This document shows, piece by piece, positions 7,060-16,211 of a stretch of 64,000 nucleotides of DNA (position 1 is the first letter of the stretch; the number at the start of each line of letters is the position of its first letter). Position numbers and translations under genes: made by a program. The notes below the pieces were generated by a model that was not told the origin of the DNA, made no database searches, and saw nothing but the letters and a program-made list of their open reading frames with translations. Origin of the DNA: a virus (Duplodnaviria > Caudoviricetes); IMG/VR virus record IMGVR_UViG_3300015050_001283, positions 7,966-71,965 of that record; one strand, 5' to 3'.

Positions 7060-8772
7060 ATGAACACAGCAACGACAGACACAGACGCGGAGCCCACGGG
7101 CGCCGCTACCTACTCCCCCGAGGATAATAAATTGCGCCTGTATATCGGGCGCGTTCCCCGTGACGAATACGAGAAGCTGCGCGCGGAGGGCTGGAAAGCC
7201 CTTTACAAGCAGCGCGAAGCCGGCGGCGGCGACTTCGTGGCCACCTGGACCCCGGAGCGGCGCGACACCGCGCTAAAGTATTCCGGCGGCTTCATCGCTG
7301 ACGAAGACATGGGACCGGCGGAACGTGCGGCGGACCGCGCCGAGCGTTTCAGCGGCTACCGTGACAAGCGGGAAGGCGAGGCCGTCGGCCATGCTGACCG
7401 CTTCGACGCCGGCCCGCAGGCGCACGGCTACCAGTCCGAAGCCCGCGCCGAGCGCGCCGCCAAGCGGCACGACCGGATTGCCGACAGGGCCGGCGACCAG
7501 TGGGGCAAAGCCGAGTATTGGCAGCGCCGCACCTCCGGCGTGATTTCTCACGCGCTGCACCTCTCATCCCCCGGCGTCCGGATGGGCCGGATCAAGACCA
7601 TCGAGGCCGAGCTGCGCGGCGTGGAGAAAACCCGCGCCGAATGGGCGGAGAAGTGGCGCGCCTGGCAGAAGGTTGCCGCCATGACTGACGCCGCCGAGCA
7701 GACCAAGCGCGCCGAAATCCTTTCGGGCTACGGCTACAGCTCGCACGAATACACGCACCCGCACAATGGGCGCAAAGGGAGCCTGTGGAGTTTCCTACGC
7801 GAAGACGCGGCCGACCGTATCACCGGCGCCGAGGCTTGCACGCTGTATTTCCCAGCGCATCACAACCCGGACGCCCCCGAATGGGAGCAGGGCCGGCTGG
7901 CTGACTGGGTGAACCACTACAAACTGCGGCTTGCCTACGAAAACCAGATGATTGAGGCGGCAGGCGGTCGCGCGGCTTTCGTCGAAATGGAGGTCGGCGG
8001 ATGGATTGGCGAACGCCAGATCCGGAAGGTCAACAAGTCCAACGCAACCGGGCGCGTCGTCTCGGTCACCCTCAAGTGCAAGGGCAGCCGCTACGATAGC
8101 AGCGCCGCGGGCTTCTGCCTCATCCCCTACAACATCGAGCGGCTTCCTTCGGATGCCTACCGGGCGCCCACGGCCGAGGATTTGGCCGCGCTGGATGCGG
8201 AGAAGAAGAGCGAGAAAGCCACGGCGCCCAAAAAAGCCCCGTGCCCGCTCATCAATCCGACGGACGCCGACGCCGAGCGCCTGCAAGAGCTGCTGAACGC
8301 GCACCATCCCGCCTACGTGGGCGACAGCTCGCCGCGCACCGTGTCCCGGTGCACCCAGGCTGCCTATTCGGCCAACAGTGGCGGCAGTTATTCGCGCTGC
8401 GAAACGGTCGAAATCACCGGCGGCGGCTTCCTCATCTCAAACAACTACATGAGCAAGGGCAGCCGCTTCCCCTCCGTCGTCAAGGTGCGGATGCACGGCC
8501 GGCGCGTCATGGTCTTAACCGACAAGCCGCAAAAGCCATTCCCGGCCGCGCTGTGGAATGACCCGCGCCCGGCGGTGCGTGCCCAGTGCATCAAACAAAA
8601 GGCCGAATTGCTGGCCGCGGTGCGCTCCGGTTCGTCCTATGACTGGACCGAGAAACAGAAGGAACTGATCCGCGCTGCGGATTCCGTCGGGCTCGTGGAT
8701 TGGCGCAGTATGAGCCAATACGCGCTGACCGAGGAAGGCGCGCGCGTCCTGCTCGAAACCGTCAAAGCCTGA
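7060..8772 (+). CDS. DUF3560-domain protein
   Basis: 570 aa; ATYSPEDNKLRLY, ADRAERFSGYRDKR, GHADRF...HGYQSEARAER...KAEYWQRR. Confidence 0.75.
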   Translation: MNTATTDTDAEPTGAATYSPEDNKLRLYIGRVPRDEYEKLRAEGWKALYKQREAGGGDFVATWTPERRDTALKYSGGFIADEDMGPAERAADRAERFSGYRDKREGEAVGHADRFDAGPQAHGYQSEARAERAAKRHDRIADRAGDQWGKAEYWQRRTSGVISHALHLSSPGVRMGRIKTIEAELRGVEKTRAEWAEKWRAWQKVAAMTDAAEQTKRAEILSGYGYSSHEYTHPHNGRKGSLWSFLREDAADRITGAEACTLYFPAHHNPDAPEWEQGRLADWVNHYKLRLAYENQMIEAAGGRAAFVEMEVGGWIGERQIRKVNKSNATGRVVSVTLKCKGSRYDSSAAGFCLIPYNIERLPSDAYRAPTAEDLAALDAEKKSEKATAPKKAPCPLINPTDADAERLQELLNAHHPAYVGDSSPRTVSRCTQAAYSANSGGSYSRCETVEITGGGFLISNNYMSKGSRFPSVVKVRMHGRRVMVLTDKPQKPFPAALWNDPRPAVRAQCIKQKAELLAAVRSGSSYDWTEKQKELIRAADSVGLVDWRSMSQYALTEEGARVLLETVKA

Positions 8773-8776
8773 CACC

Positions 8777-9412
8777 GTGAACGGCGACACCTTCAACCGG
8801 CTGCACGGGCTCCGCATGGAGAACGATGCAGCCGGCTACCGGCAAGAAGAGATGCGGCCCCGCTTCGCCAAGCTGGCCGCACGCCATGAGACCGGAGACG
8901 CGCCGCGCGCGGTGTCGGCCTTTCAGCTGTTCCAGACTCCGCCGCCGCTGGCCGCTCGGCTGGTGGCGGCGCTGGGTCTGGCGCCTGGGGCGCGGGTCGG
9001 GGAGTTCTCGGCGGGACTCGGCCGCATCCTCGACGCCCTCCAGCCCTACAAGCCGGCCGAGGTCGTGGCGATCGAGGTGGCCCCGCAGTGCGCGGCCGAG
9101 CTCTTCCGCCAGAACCGGCCCGGCGTTACTTTACTGCAAAGGGATTTCCTGACGGTGACACCGGAGGAAATCGGCCTTTTCGATGCCGTCGCCATCAATC
9201 CCCCGTTCCATATGCGGGCCGATGTCCGACACATTTTGCACGCCCGCAAGTTTCTACGGCCCGGCGGTAAACTCGCGGCCCTCTGTTTCGACACCCCCCA
9301 GCGTAAGAAAGCGCTCGCCGGGCTGGCTGCCAGCTGGGAGCCCATCCCGGCCGGGACATTCGGCAAGGAAGGAACGAACGTCCCCACGGTGCTCTGCACC
9401 TTCACCCCATGA
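8777..9412 (+). CDS. SAM-dependent N6-adenine-type DNA methyltransferase
   Basis: QLFQTP...EFSAGLGRIL (motif I), DFL, AINPPF (motif IV); GTG start directly after DUF3560. Confidence 0.85.
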   Translation: MNGDTFNRLHGLRMENDAAGYRQEEMRPRFAKLAARHETGDAPRAVSAFQLFQTPPPLAARLVAALGLAPGARVGEFSAGLGRILDALQPYKPAEVVAIEVAPQCAAELFRQNRPGVTLLQRDFLTVTPEEIGLFDAVAINPPFHMRADVRHILHARKFLRPGGKLAALCFDTPQRKKALAGLAASWEPIPAGTFGKEGTNVPTVLCTFTP

Positions 9413-9918
9413 TCCTCCGAGACCTACGCGAAGCCGTTGCCAATCTGGCCCACCTGCACCCGCTCACAGAGACGGGAATTGAGGGGCTGGCGCCGATGTT
9501 CGGCTATGTCGTGGCCGAGACCTATGACATGACCGGCGTTGCCGATGAACTCGAAGAGGCATTGAAGGACAAAGCCAACGCCGAGACCGAGATCGACGAA
9601 CTGGGCACACAGATCGACACACTAAACGACGAACTCACGGACGCGCAAAACCTGCTCGCCGAGGTGAAGAACGAAGACGACAAGGGCGCAACGATTCTCA
9701 GCTACAAGAAGCGGATGGAGGATGCCGAGGAACGCGCCAAGCGCTGGGGCGACGCCTACAACGAGATGCAGCGCGAGCTGTCCGCCCTCCGCAAACGGAA
9801 AGGACTGATGGCAGGCTATTATGCACAAGCCAACGATGTTATGGCCTACCTGCATAACCAGCAGCAGAAAGATCCGTCTGTCCGCGCGCTGCTGGAAAAG
9901 ATCCACGCCGCCAAATAA
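9409..9918 (+). CDS. Coiled-coil hypothetical protein
   Basis: Heptad-rich acidic and basic helices. Confidence 0.7.
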   Translation: MILRDLREAVANLAHLHPLTETGIEGLAPMFGYVVAETYDMTGVADELEEALKDKANAETEIDELGTQIDTLNDELTDAQNLLAEVKNEDDKGATILSYKKRMEDAEERAKRWGDAYNEMQRELSALRKRKGLMAGYYAQANDVMAYLHNQQQKDPSVRALLEKIHAAK

Positions 9919-9944
9919 CTTTTCAGCCAACCGTTACCATTACC

Positions 9945-10217
9945 ATGAGCAAAATCAAAGCACCCTCGGGCTATCGCCCTTTCAAAGTCGGCGACGTGAT
10001 TGCAGCCGGCGATGTCGGCTTCGAGCGCCAAGAGGCGCACGCCAAGCTCATCGAGTCGGCGCCGGACTTGCTGCGCGCGGTCCGCCATGCCAAAGCGTTC
10101 TTCGACAGCTTGCCGAAGGGTAGTCTCGGCGCCATCAGCTGCGACATCGGCGCCCTCAACGAGTTCTACCTCGCCGGGAATCCCCTCCTGAAGAAGCTGG
10201 AAATCTTCGGTGACTAA
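9945..10217 (+). CDS. Hypothetical protein with a common phage 'A.LI.SAPDLL' motif
   Basis: HAKLIESAPDLLRAV. Confidence 0.7.
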   Translation: MSKIKAPSGYRPFKVGDVIAAGDVGFERQEAHAKLIESAPDLLRAVRHAKAFFDSLPKGSLGAISCDIGALNEFYLAGNPLLKKLEIFGD

Positions 10218-10227
10218 AGATCAGGGC

Positions 10228-10264
10228 TTGACCCGCGAAAGCGGGTCTGCCCCACTCTGCCCCA
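10228..10264 (+). promoter_or_regulatory. Putative promoter with a tandem TCTGCCCCAC operator-like repeat
   Basis: TTGACC-N17-CCCACT; overlaps an ACCCGC-GAAA-GCGGGT hairpin and a 19-bp sequence repeated at 41184. Confidence 0.45.
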
Positions 10265-10273
10265 TCGCGCACC

Positions 10274-10552
10274 ATGTTTCTCCTTCCCTTCTTCCAAATC
10301 TCGGCGATGGCCGCAAAGATTGCTGAGCAGCAGGCGCTCCAGCGGCAGAAGCTCGGACTGCCACCGCCGCCACCCCCTCCGCCTAAAACGCCGGAGGAAA
10401 TTGCCAAGGAAAAGCGCGAGGATCGGGTGGTCGTGTCCGGCATTGTCCTCATCTGCCTGCTCGAATGCGCGGTGTTCGTCGCGCCGTTCGCCATGCTAAT
10501 TTACGTCGCCATCAAACTAACCTTCGCCTCCAAGGGCATCAAGTGGCCATGA
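10274..10552 (+). CDS. Small membrane protein with a polyproline linker
   Basis: LPPPPPPPPK followed by a C-terminal hydrophobic helix. Confidence 0.65.
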   Translation: MFLLPFFQISAMAAKIAEQQALQRQKLGLPPPPPPPPKTPEEIAKEKREDRVVVSGIVLICLLECAVFVAPFAMLIYVAIKLTFASKGIKWP

Positions 10553-10612
10553 CCCAAGCTCACGCCTCCTACTTCCAACGTCACAAGGCAATCCCGCCAA
10601 CCTTTCCCATCC

Positions 10613-11407
10613 ATGAACAACACCTCGACACTCGCCTGGCACGACCTGCAATGGTGCCTTCGCCGCGCCCCTCGCCCGCTCCTCGAACTGCTGAAGCGCC
10701 ACGGTTCATCCGTTATGGTGGCCGGCGGATACATCCGCTCGTGCATCAGCAATGAGCACATCAATGACATCGATGTGTTCACATCGTCGGAAGCGCAATC
10801 CAAGGCCATGGCTTTGGAGCTGGTCGAGGGCGACGAGAAGCGCGTGAAGCGCACGCCGAATTGCTTCTTCGTTCTCGGCTTCCGGACCCACATCCAATTC
10901 ATCCACCGCTGGACGTTCACGGACCCGGCTGCCTGCATCCTGTCGTTCGACTTCACGATCGCGCGCGCCGCTTTCTGGTGGGAGAAGAAGATGGAGCCGG
11001 CGCCCACCGACGAGAACCCGAAGGCGGAGCGTGACGACGGCGCCTGGAAGACTGCCGCGGACCCCCGTTTCTACCAAGACCTGGCTGCCAAGCGCCTGAT
11101 CTACTGCTCGCCGGTCCGCATCGAGGAAGCCGGCGGCTCGATGCTGCGCGTCCTCAAGTTCTACCAGCGCGGCTACCGCATCCCGCTCGACTCGATGGGC
11201 AAGGTCGTTGCCCGGCTGGTCGATGCCGTCGACATGGGGAAGATCGAAAGCCATGTCGCGTTCGGCGACACGCGCGAAGAGGCCATGGGCAAGGTGCTGT
11301 CCGGCCTGCTCCGCGAGGTTGACCCGCTGCTGGACCCCACGCACGCCGCCCACCTTCCGTCAGGCGAGGATGAATCCACGCCGCCCACCCCCGATGCCCA
11401 ATCCTGA
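10613..11407 (+). CDS. Nucleotidyltransferase of the poly(A) polymerase/CCA-adding (class II) head type
   Basis: VAGGYIRS...NDIDVF (GG + DxD), IQFI, SFDFTIARAAF, SMLRVLKFYQRGY. Confidence 0.8.
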   Translation: MNNTSTLAWHDLQWCLRRAPRPLLELLKRHGSSVMVAGGYIRSCISNEHINDIDVFTSSEAQSKAMALELVEGDEKRVKRTPNCFFVLGFRTHIQFIHRWTFTDPAACILSFDFTIARAAFWWEKKMEPAPTDENPKAERDDGAWKTAADPRFYQDLAAKRLIYCSPVRIEEAGGSMLRVLKFYQRGYRIPLDSMGKVVARLVDAVDMGKIESHVAFGDTREEAMGKVLSGLLREVDPLLDPTHAAHLPSGEDESTPPTPDAQS

Positions 11408-11642
11408 TCCAGTCCAGCCGGAGAGTCGACTGCTGGTCAAGCAGCTGATGAACCACAACACCACCGCCACGCACTCCAAGTGCGACGAGTGGGTCGAGCA
11501 CAAGACCAAGGGCAAGTATCGCTCGATGCTGGCCGTGGTCGAAGGTGACCCGGCGGACGTGGAGTATCGGCGCCAGATCCTGACCGAACTCACGGCCATC
11601 CTACGCGATGGTGATCTCATCAAACTGGAGGAAGTAGCATGA
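11394..11642 (+). CDS. Hypothetical protein
   Basis: Internal ATG of track ORF 11208..11642; coupled to its neighbours. Confidence 0.5.
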   Translation: MPNPDPVQPESRLLVKQLMNHNTTATHSKCDEWVEHKTKGKYRSMLAVVEGDPADVEYRRQILTELTAILRDGDLIKLEEVA

Positions 11643-12283
11643 AAACCTATCGATTGACCAACGAAGAACTCGAATCCCTGCTGGATGCGTCCAAACCCGT
11701 GCCGTATATGATTTTCGGCGGACAGCCTCCGCCCTCTGCGCGTGAGCACGCCGTGCGCCTATGGCGCCACGTTGCGGATCGCGTGGGCTGCAAGCTCGAC
11801 ACCATCACGAGCGCCGGCACTGGAGACATGCATGACTTTTCGGCCGAGCCAGCCGACGTTCCCCCGCCCAAGCCGGGGCCGACCAAAGCCGAAAAGAATC
11901 GGCTGCTTGCGACAGCTGCGGGCTGGCAGAACAGGCTGGCCACCCTGGAGAGTCCGGTCGAGCGGTGCGGCATGAGGCTGCCAAACTCTTTTGGCCACCC
12001 CATCGAAGCGTGGTGGCACGAGACCAACGAAGAGCATCGCGGTGTCTATGCCATGCCGCCCGACTTCTTCGACACTGTGACAGGCTTGCACCACTGCGCG
12101 CGACTGCGGGCGGTCCTGAGCCGCGAGCAGCGCGGTGATTTCATCAGCTGGCTGAACGTGAGTCTGAACGATCGCAACCGTGCCGATCCCAAGTGGCTTG
12201 GCCCCACCCCCTTTGATCTCGTCAATGCAGATGCGCCGACTCAGGCGGAGGCTCTGCTCATCACCCTCAAGCTCCTTCCATGA
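11639..12283 (+). CDS. Two-domain hypothetical protein
   Basis: 214 aa; Pro-rich linker (PPPKPGP) separates two globular segments. Confidence 0.7.
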   Translation: MKTYRLTNEELESLLDASKPVPYMIFGGQPPPSAREHAVRLWRHVADRVGCKLDTITSAGTGDMHDFSAEPADVPPPKPGPTKAEKNRLLATAAGWQNRLATLESPVERCGMRLPNSFGHPIEAWWHETNEEHRGVYAMPPDFFDTVTGLHHCARLRAVLSREQRGDFISWLNVSLNDRNRADPKWLGPTPFDLVNADAPTQAEALLITLKLLP

Positions 12284-13053
12284 CCGACACATCCACCCTC
12301 CCCCGCGGCGTTTGCATCGTCCTGTTTTGCGCCGGCACCTTCGCAGTCAGCCAGCGCCTCGACAAGTTGCGCCATCCCCGGATGTGGCAGTTCCCTGGCG
12401 GACACGTTGAACCCGGCGAAGATCCACTCGCCGCAGCCCAGCGTGAGCTGCGCGAGGAGACCGGGCTCGACCTGCCGGCGGATCGCTTCGAGCTCATCGG
12501 CGTGGCCGGTCCGCTCGTCGGCTACACCGGCAACCAATACATGGGCTACCGCTACGGCGTGGTGCTGACCGTCGGCGAGGAGCCGCAGCAGTCCGAGCCG
12601 GACAAGCACACGCCGTGGAATTGGGTGCCGTGCGAGCAGGTGCTCGAACTCGAAATGCTCCAGGCCACCAAGGAGTTCGCGCTGGCGTTCGCCTTCCGCA
12701 AGACGGACCACGATCGCGGCCGGCTTGCCCAATGGAAGGTCGAGATGCTGGCTGTCGAGTCGCAATGGAGCTGCCAAGAGGTCGGCAAATTGCTCGGCGT
12801 CACACTCGGCGACCATATCCGCCCGCACATCGAGCCCAAACTGCGCGCGCTGATCCTCGACCGCGACCGCGGCAAGCAGATCGTCAAGGCCGCGCTGGAA
12901 AAGATGGAGCGTTACATCAATCGCCAAGGTCCGACCCGCATGGCCGGCAAATCCTTCGGCGATGGCTCATACAGCAACCCGCAGAAGGGGATGCACTATC
13001 CGCAGGTGCAGTCCGTCATGGATCAGATGCGGGACCACATCCGCCGGCCATGA
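12280..13053 (+). CDS. Nudix hydrolase with a C-terminal extension
   Basis: Intact Nudix box GGHVEPGEDPLAAAQRELREETGL. Confidence 0.9.
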   Translation: MTDTSTLPRGVCIVLFCAGTFAVSQRLDKLRHPRMWQFPGGHVEPGEDPLAAAQRELREETGLDLPADRFELIGVAGPLVGYTGNQYMGYRYGVVLTVGEEPQQSEPDKHTPWNWVPCEQVLELEMLQATKEFALAFAFRKTDHDRGRLAQWKVEMLAVESQWSCQEVGKLLGVTLGDHIRPHIEPKLRALILDRDRGKQIVKAALEKMERYINRQGPTRMAGKSFGDGSYSNPQKGMHYPQVQSVMDQMRDHIRRP

Positions 13054-13601
13054 GCGAGAGCAACCGACTACTCTACACTTGGGACGACACCCCCACTGGG
13101 CGGACTCGCCATCTCTTCGAGCTGCCGAGCAATAAGCCGGTGTGCGGAAAGCCGGTGGTGCGCGCGCGCGTCCGTCGCCATGTCCGGAAATACCTCAACT
13201 GCGTTCAATGCACTTTGGCCGCGCACGAACTAAACAAATCCCTCGCCTGCGCCAGTGACCAAGCGGCCGAGTGGGATCTTCCCCAGCCAGCCCAGATCCC
13301 GATGCCTCCGGCGCCGCCTCCGTCGCTCTTTGATAAAGTCACGGAGGGTTTCAATTACCAAGAAATGTTTGCCAAGATGGGCGAAGATCCGGTGCGCCTG
13401 CTGTGCGACGACCGGAACGGCGAGCTGATGGTCATGCTCGCTGTCGATGGGGACATGCACCTCGCTGTCTATCCGGCATCGCAGACCCAGCTCCAGCCTG
13501 GATTCCGCGCGCGGACTTATGGCGGCGGCGGCAGGCATGAACGGGTCCGAAAGGCGCTGATGATCCTCGCCGTGGCCATGCTCGAAGACGCGAAACTCTA
13601 A
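13050..13601 (+). CDS. Hypothetical protein with an N-terminal His/Cys zinc-finger-like segment
   Basis: ATG at 13050 (ATGA overlap); H...PVCGK...NCVQC. Confidence 0.6.
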   Translation: MSESNRLLYTWDDTPTGRTRHLFELPSNKPVCGKPVVRARVRRHVRKYLNCVQCTLAAHELNKSLACASDQAAEWDLPQPAQIPMPPAPPPSLFDKVTEGFNYQEMFAKMGEDPVRLLCDDRNGELMVMLAVDGDMHLAVYPASQTQLQPGFRARTYGGGGRHERVRKALMILAVAMLEDAKL

Positions 13602-13602
13602 G

Positions 13603-13821
13603 ATGAAAGCCGCGCCTTACACCATCATCACCGCCTATCATCAGGAGATTAAACACTGGTCTCTCGGCGGAGCACAGCGCGCGCTGCTGATGGCGTTCAT
13701 CTACTGTCTCAAGCTGCGGATGGATGGCATCAACCCGTCCTCGATCCTCGGCGAGTCGCGCGCGGAGGCCAACAAGAAGCGCACCAAAGATCCGATGAAC
13801 GCTTTCGACCCCGTGATTTAA
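13603..13821 (+). CDS. Small hypothetical protein
   Basis: 72 aa, tightly packed between neighbours. Confidence 0.6.
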   Translation: MKAAPYTIITAYHQEIKHWSLGGAQRALLMAFIYCLKLRMDGINPSSILGESRAEANKKRTKDPMNAFDPVI

Positions 13822-13822
13822 C

Positions 13823-14215
13823 ATGATCGACTACACCAAAGCCGCCCACGCCATTGCCATCCGCCTGCGCCCCATCAGCGCCACGCTCTGCACGTCCGTG
13901 GTGCGTCAGAAAAACCAACAGCGGAAGCTGGAGAAGATTGTCTTGGAGGAACTGTTGGTCGCACATCAGCGAGAGGGGGACGATCCTGTCGCCGATGCGC
14001 TGAAGCTGTGCCACTTGCTCCGCGATCGCGCGGCACAGATGACCAAGCAGGAGTTCCACGCCTGCCTGGCGCGGGCTATCGGCTGCGATCCGTCGTATGC
14101 GGAGAACGTCCGCATCCACTTTCAGAACAACCCAGCCGCGTTCCTCGCGCACCGGACACCCCAAACCCAATCCATCGAGTTGCTGAAGTTCATCTTCTCG
14201 ATGCCCGAACGATGA
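13823..14215 (+). CDS. Hypothetical protein
   Basis: 130-aa helical ORF, tightly packed. Confidence 0.65.
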   Translation: MIDYTKAAHAIAIRLRPISATLCTSVVRQKNQQRKLEKIVLEELLVAHQREGDDPVADALKLCHLLRDRAAQMTKQEFHACLARAIGCDPSYAENVRIHFQNNPAAFLAHRTPQTQSIELLKFIFSMPER

Positions 14216-14376
14216 ACATCACCATCTACATCCTCGCCGGCGCATTTGTTGGCGCCTTCATCGCCACCACCGTCATCTGCATCCCCCTGCTGAGGGAGCG
14301 GAACAAGATCGACCGTCAGATCGCTGAGCACCTTCGGGTTTTGTCCGAGTGGTGCCAGCAAAACTGGACCCGCTGA
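14212..14376 (+). CDS. Small membrane protein
   Basis: N-terminal transmembrane helix MNITIYILAGAFVGAFIATTVICIPLL. Confidence 0.6.
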   Translation: MNITIYILAGAFVGAFIATTVICIPLLRERNKIDRQIAEHLRVLSEWCQQNWTR

Positions 14377-14684
14377 TGCCTGACGAGCAGCCACAGTCCC
14401 AGATCGACCACGCCGCAGCGCACGCCATTGCTCGGCGCGAGATGCTGCTGCGGAGCGAGCGTAGGCAGCTCCAAGCTATTGCCGACTATCACGTCAACGT
14501 CGGGCCGTATGCACTTCAGCTCCAGTTCATCCTGCGGGAAACCGAGCGGCACCCCGAACTCCTGACCGATAATGCGCGCAAGGTCATCGCGTTCCTCCGT
14601 GAGCGCATCACTGACCACCATGTGTGCTGCTTCGGCATGGACCCATCGTGGCCGACGAGCCCCAAAGCCGACAAGGATCTCTGA
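14376..14684 (+). CDS. Hypothetical protein
   Basis: TGATG overlaps at both ends. Confidence 0.6.
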   Translation: MPDEQPQSQIDHAAAHAIARREMLLRSERRQLQAIADYHVNVGPYALQLQFILRETERHPELLTDNARKVIAFLRERITDHHVCCFGMDPSWPTSPKADKDL

Positions 14685-15751
14685 TGGTCGCGATGTCTCC
14701 AACAATCAAAAAGAACCAGCGCACCGGCCACTACGACGTGCTCGTGCCCGTGCCTGGCGGCGTCAAGCGCGGTAAGCATAAGTGGATCTCGACCGGCGAG
14801 ACCTCGCGCCATCGCGCCGAGACCGTCGTGTCCGAGGCCGGCGTCGACCGGCTGGTGCTGCTGGCCAACGCCGGCGCCCTGACTGCCGACGCCATCAGCG
14901 TAGTCACCACCGGTCGGCGCTTCACCGCGGCCGACATCATCGAGGCATGGGAAAAGGACTCGGTGATGGACGTGTCGGCCGGCACCGTGACCACCTACAA
15001 GACCCTGCTCGTGGCATTCTTCGAGGGCGAAGGCGCCATGCGGAAGCCGCTGCCGGCACTGAAGCGGCACCATCTCGACGCCTACATCAACGACCCAGCG
15101 TGCAAGGCCAGCACCCGGCACACCCGGCTGGCCGCGCTTCGCTCCCTGTGGCAATTCGCGCAGGCCAACTCCTACATCTCCGGCAATCTGGCCCAGACAA
15201 TCCGCGTTCGTCACAACAACATGACGCACGTGCAGCAGGAGAAGGAGGCGGCGATCCCTGTTACCCCCGACGAATACCAGACGCTGCTCACCAGCACCAA
15301 GCTCACGAAGTTCTGGCGCCGCGCCGTCATCCTCGGCTACTGGCTGGGCATCCGCATCGGCGACGTGGCCAGGATGCAGGTCGAATCCATAGGCCCCGAT
15401 TGGGTCATCATCTGGACCAACAAGCGCGGCAAGAGGGTAAGACTTCCATTGTCCGACCCCCTCATTGGACACCCGGATCTCTGTCAGGTGCTGGCGGAAC
15501 TCCGCGCCGAGACGCCAGCCGGCTACTGCTTCCCTGAGCAGAACGAAATGATCTGCGGGCCGAAGCGCCACCACCTTTCGATGCAGGCAATCCGCCTGCT
15601 TGAACAGCACGGCATCGAGTTCAAGTCCTTCCACTCGCTCCGCAGTTCAGCCATCAATCGCTGGGATGCTGCCGGCAAGACGCTGCTGGAGATCGGCACG
15701 CTGGTCGGACACTCCGACGAGGAGACAACCAAGGGATACATCCATGACTGA
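14684..15751 (+). CDS. int: Tyrosine recombinase/integrase
   Basis: Catalytic set: GIRIGD (R), KRGK (K), FHSLR (HxxR), VGHS (H), KGY (Y); SAM-like core-binding domain. Confidence 0.9.
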   Translation: MVAMSPTIKKNQRTGHYDVLVPVPGGVKRGKHKWISTGETSRHRAETVVSEAGVDRLVLLANAGALTADAISVVTTGRRFTAADIIEAWEKDSVMDVSAGTVTTYKTLLVAFFEGEGAMRKPLPALKRHHLDAYINDPACKASTRHTRLAALRSLWQFAQANSYISGNLAQTIRVRHNNMTHVQQEKEAAIPVTPDEYQTLLTSTKLTKFWRRAVILGYWLGIRIGDVARMQVESIGPDWVIIWTNKRGKRVRLPLSDPLIGHPDLCQVLAELRAETPAGYCFPEQNEMICGPKRHHLSMQAIRLLEQHGIEFKSFHSLRSSAINRWDAAGKTLLEIGTLVGHSDEETTKGYIHD

Positions 15752-16211
15752 AGTTATCGCACAGCCTATCACGGTGAAGATCGAAAACCGTTTGATTCAT
15801 CGAATCGGAATCAGGGAGTGGGGTATGCCATCGCTTTGTGTCCCCGGTAAAATCTGGCGGAGCGAAAAGAACGGGACGATCTCGTGCATGGTGCCCCACC
15901 AAGACCCCAGTAAGGTGGCTATTGAGACGCACCCTCTGGTCATCACGACAGATGGCTTTGCATCGTGGATACCGGACCACTGGCGCGCGGCCCTTTGGGA
16001 ATACTGCCAGGCATGGCCGTCGAGCGGAATGGAGTATGGTCCATTCTTGGCGTTGACCGAGGAACAGCGGTGCGACTTTCTCCGTGCTCGGGCGAAGCAA
16101 CTGGTGGCGTCGGATAACATCGGATGTCGCCACATCGCCCACGACATCGGGATGTTCGCGGCCCTCGATTATCAGATCATCGAGCCACGTCAGGAGGCGA
16201 TACCCAAATGA
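15744..16211 (+). CDS. Hypothetical protein
   Basis: ATG at 15744 overlapping the recombinase stop. Confidence 0.55.
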   Translation: MTEVIAQPITVKIENRLIHRIGIREWGMPSLCVPGKIWRSEKNGTISCMVPHQDPSKVAIETHPLVITTDGFASWIPDHWRAALWEYCQAWPSSGMEYGPFLALTEEQRCDFLRARAKQLVASDNIGCRHIAHDIGMFAALDYQIIEPRQEAIPK

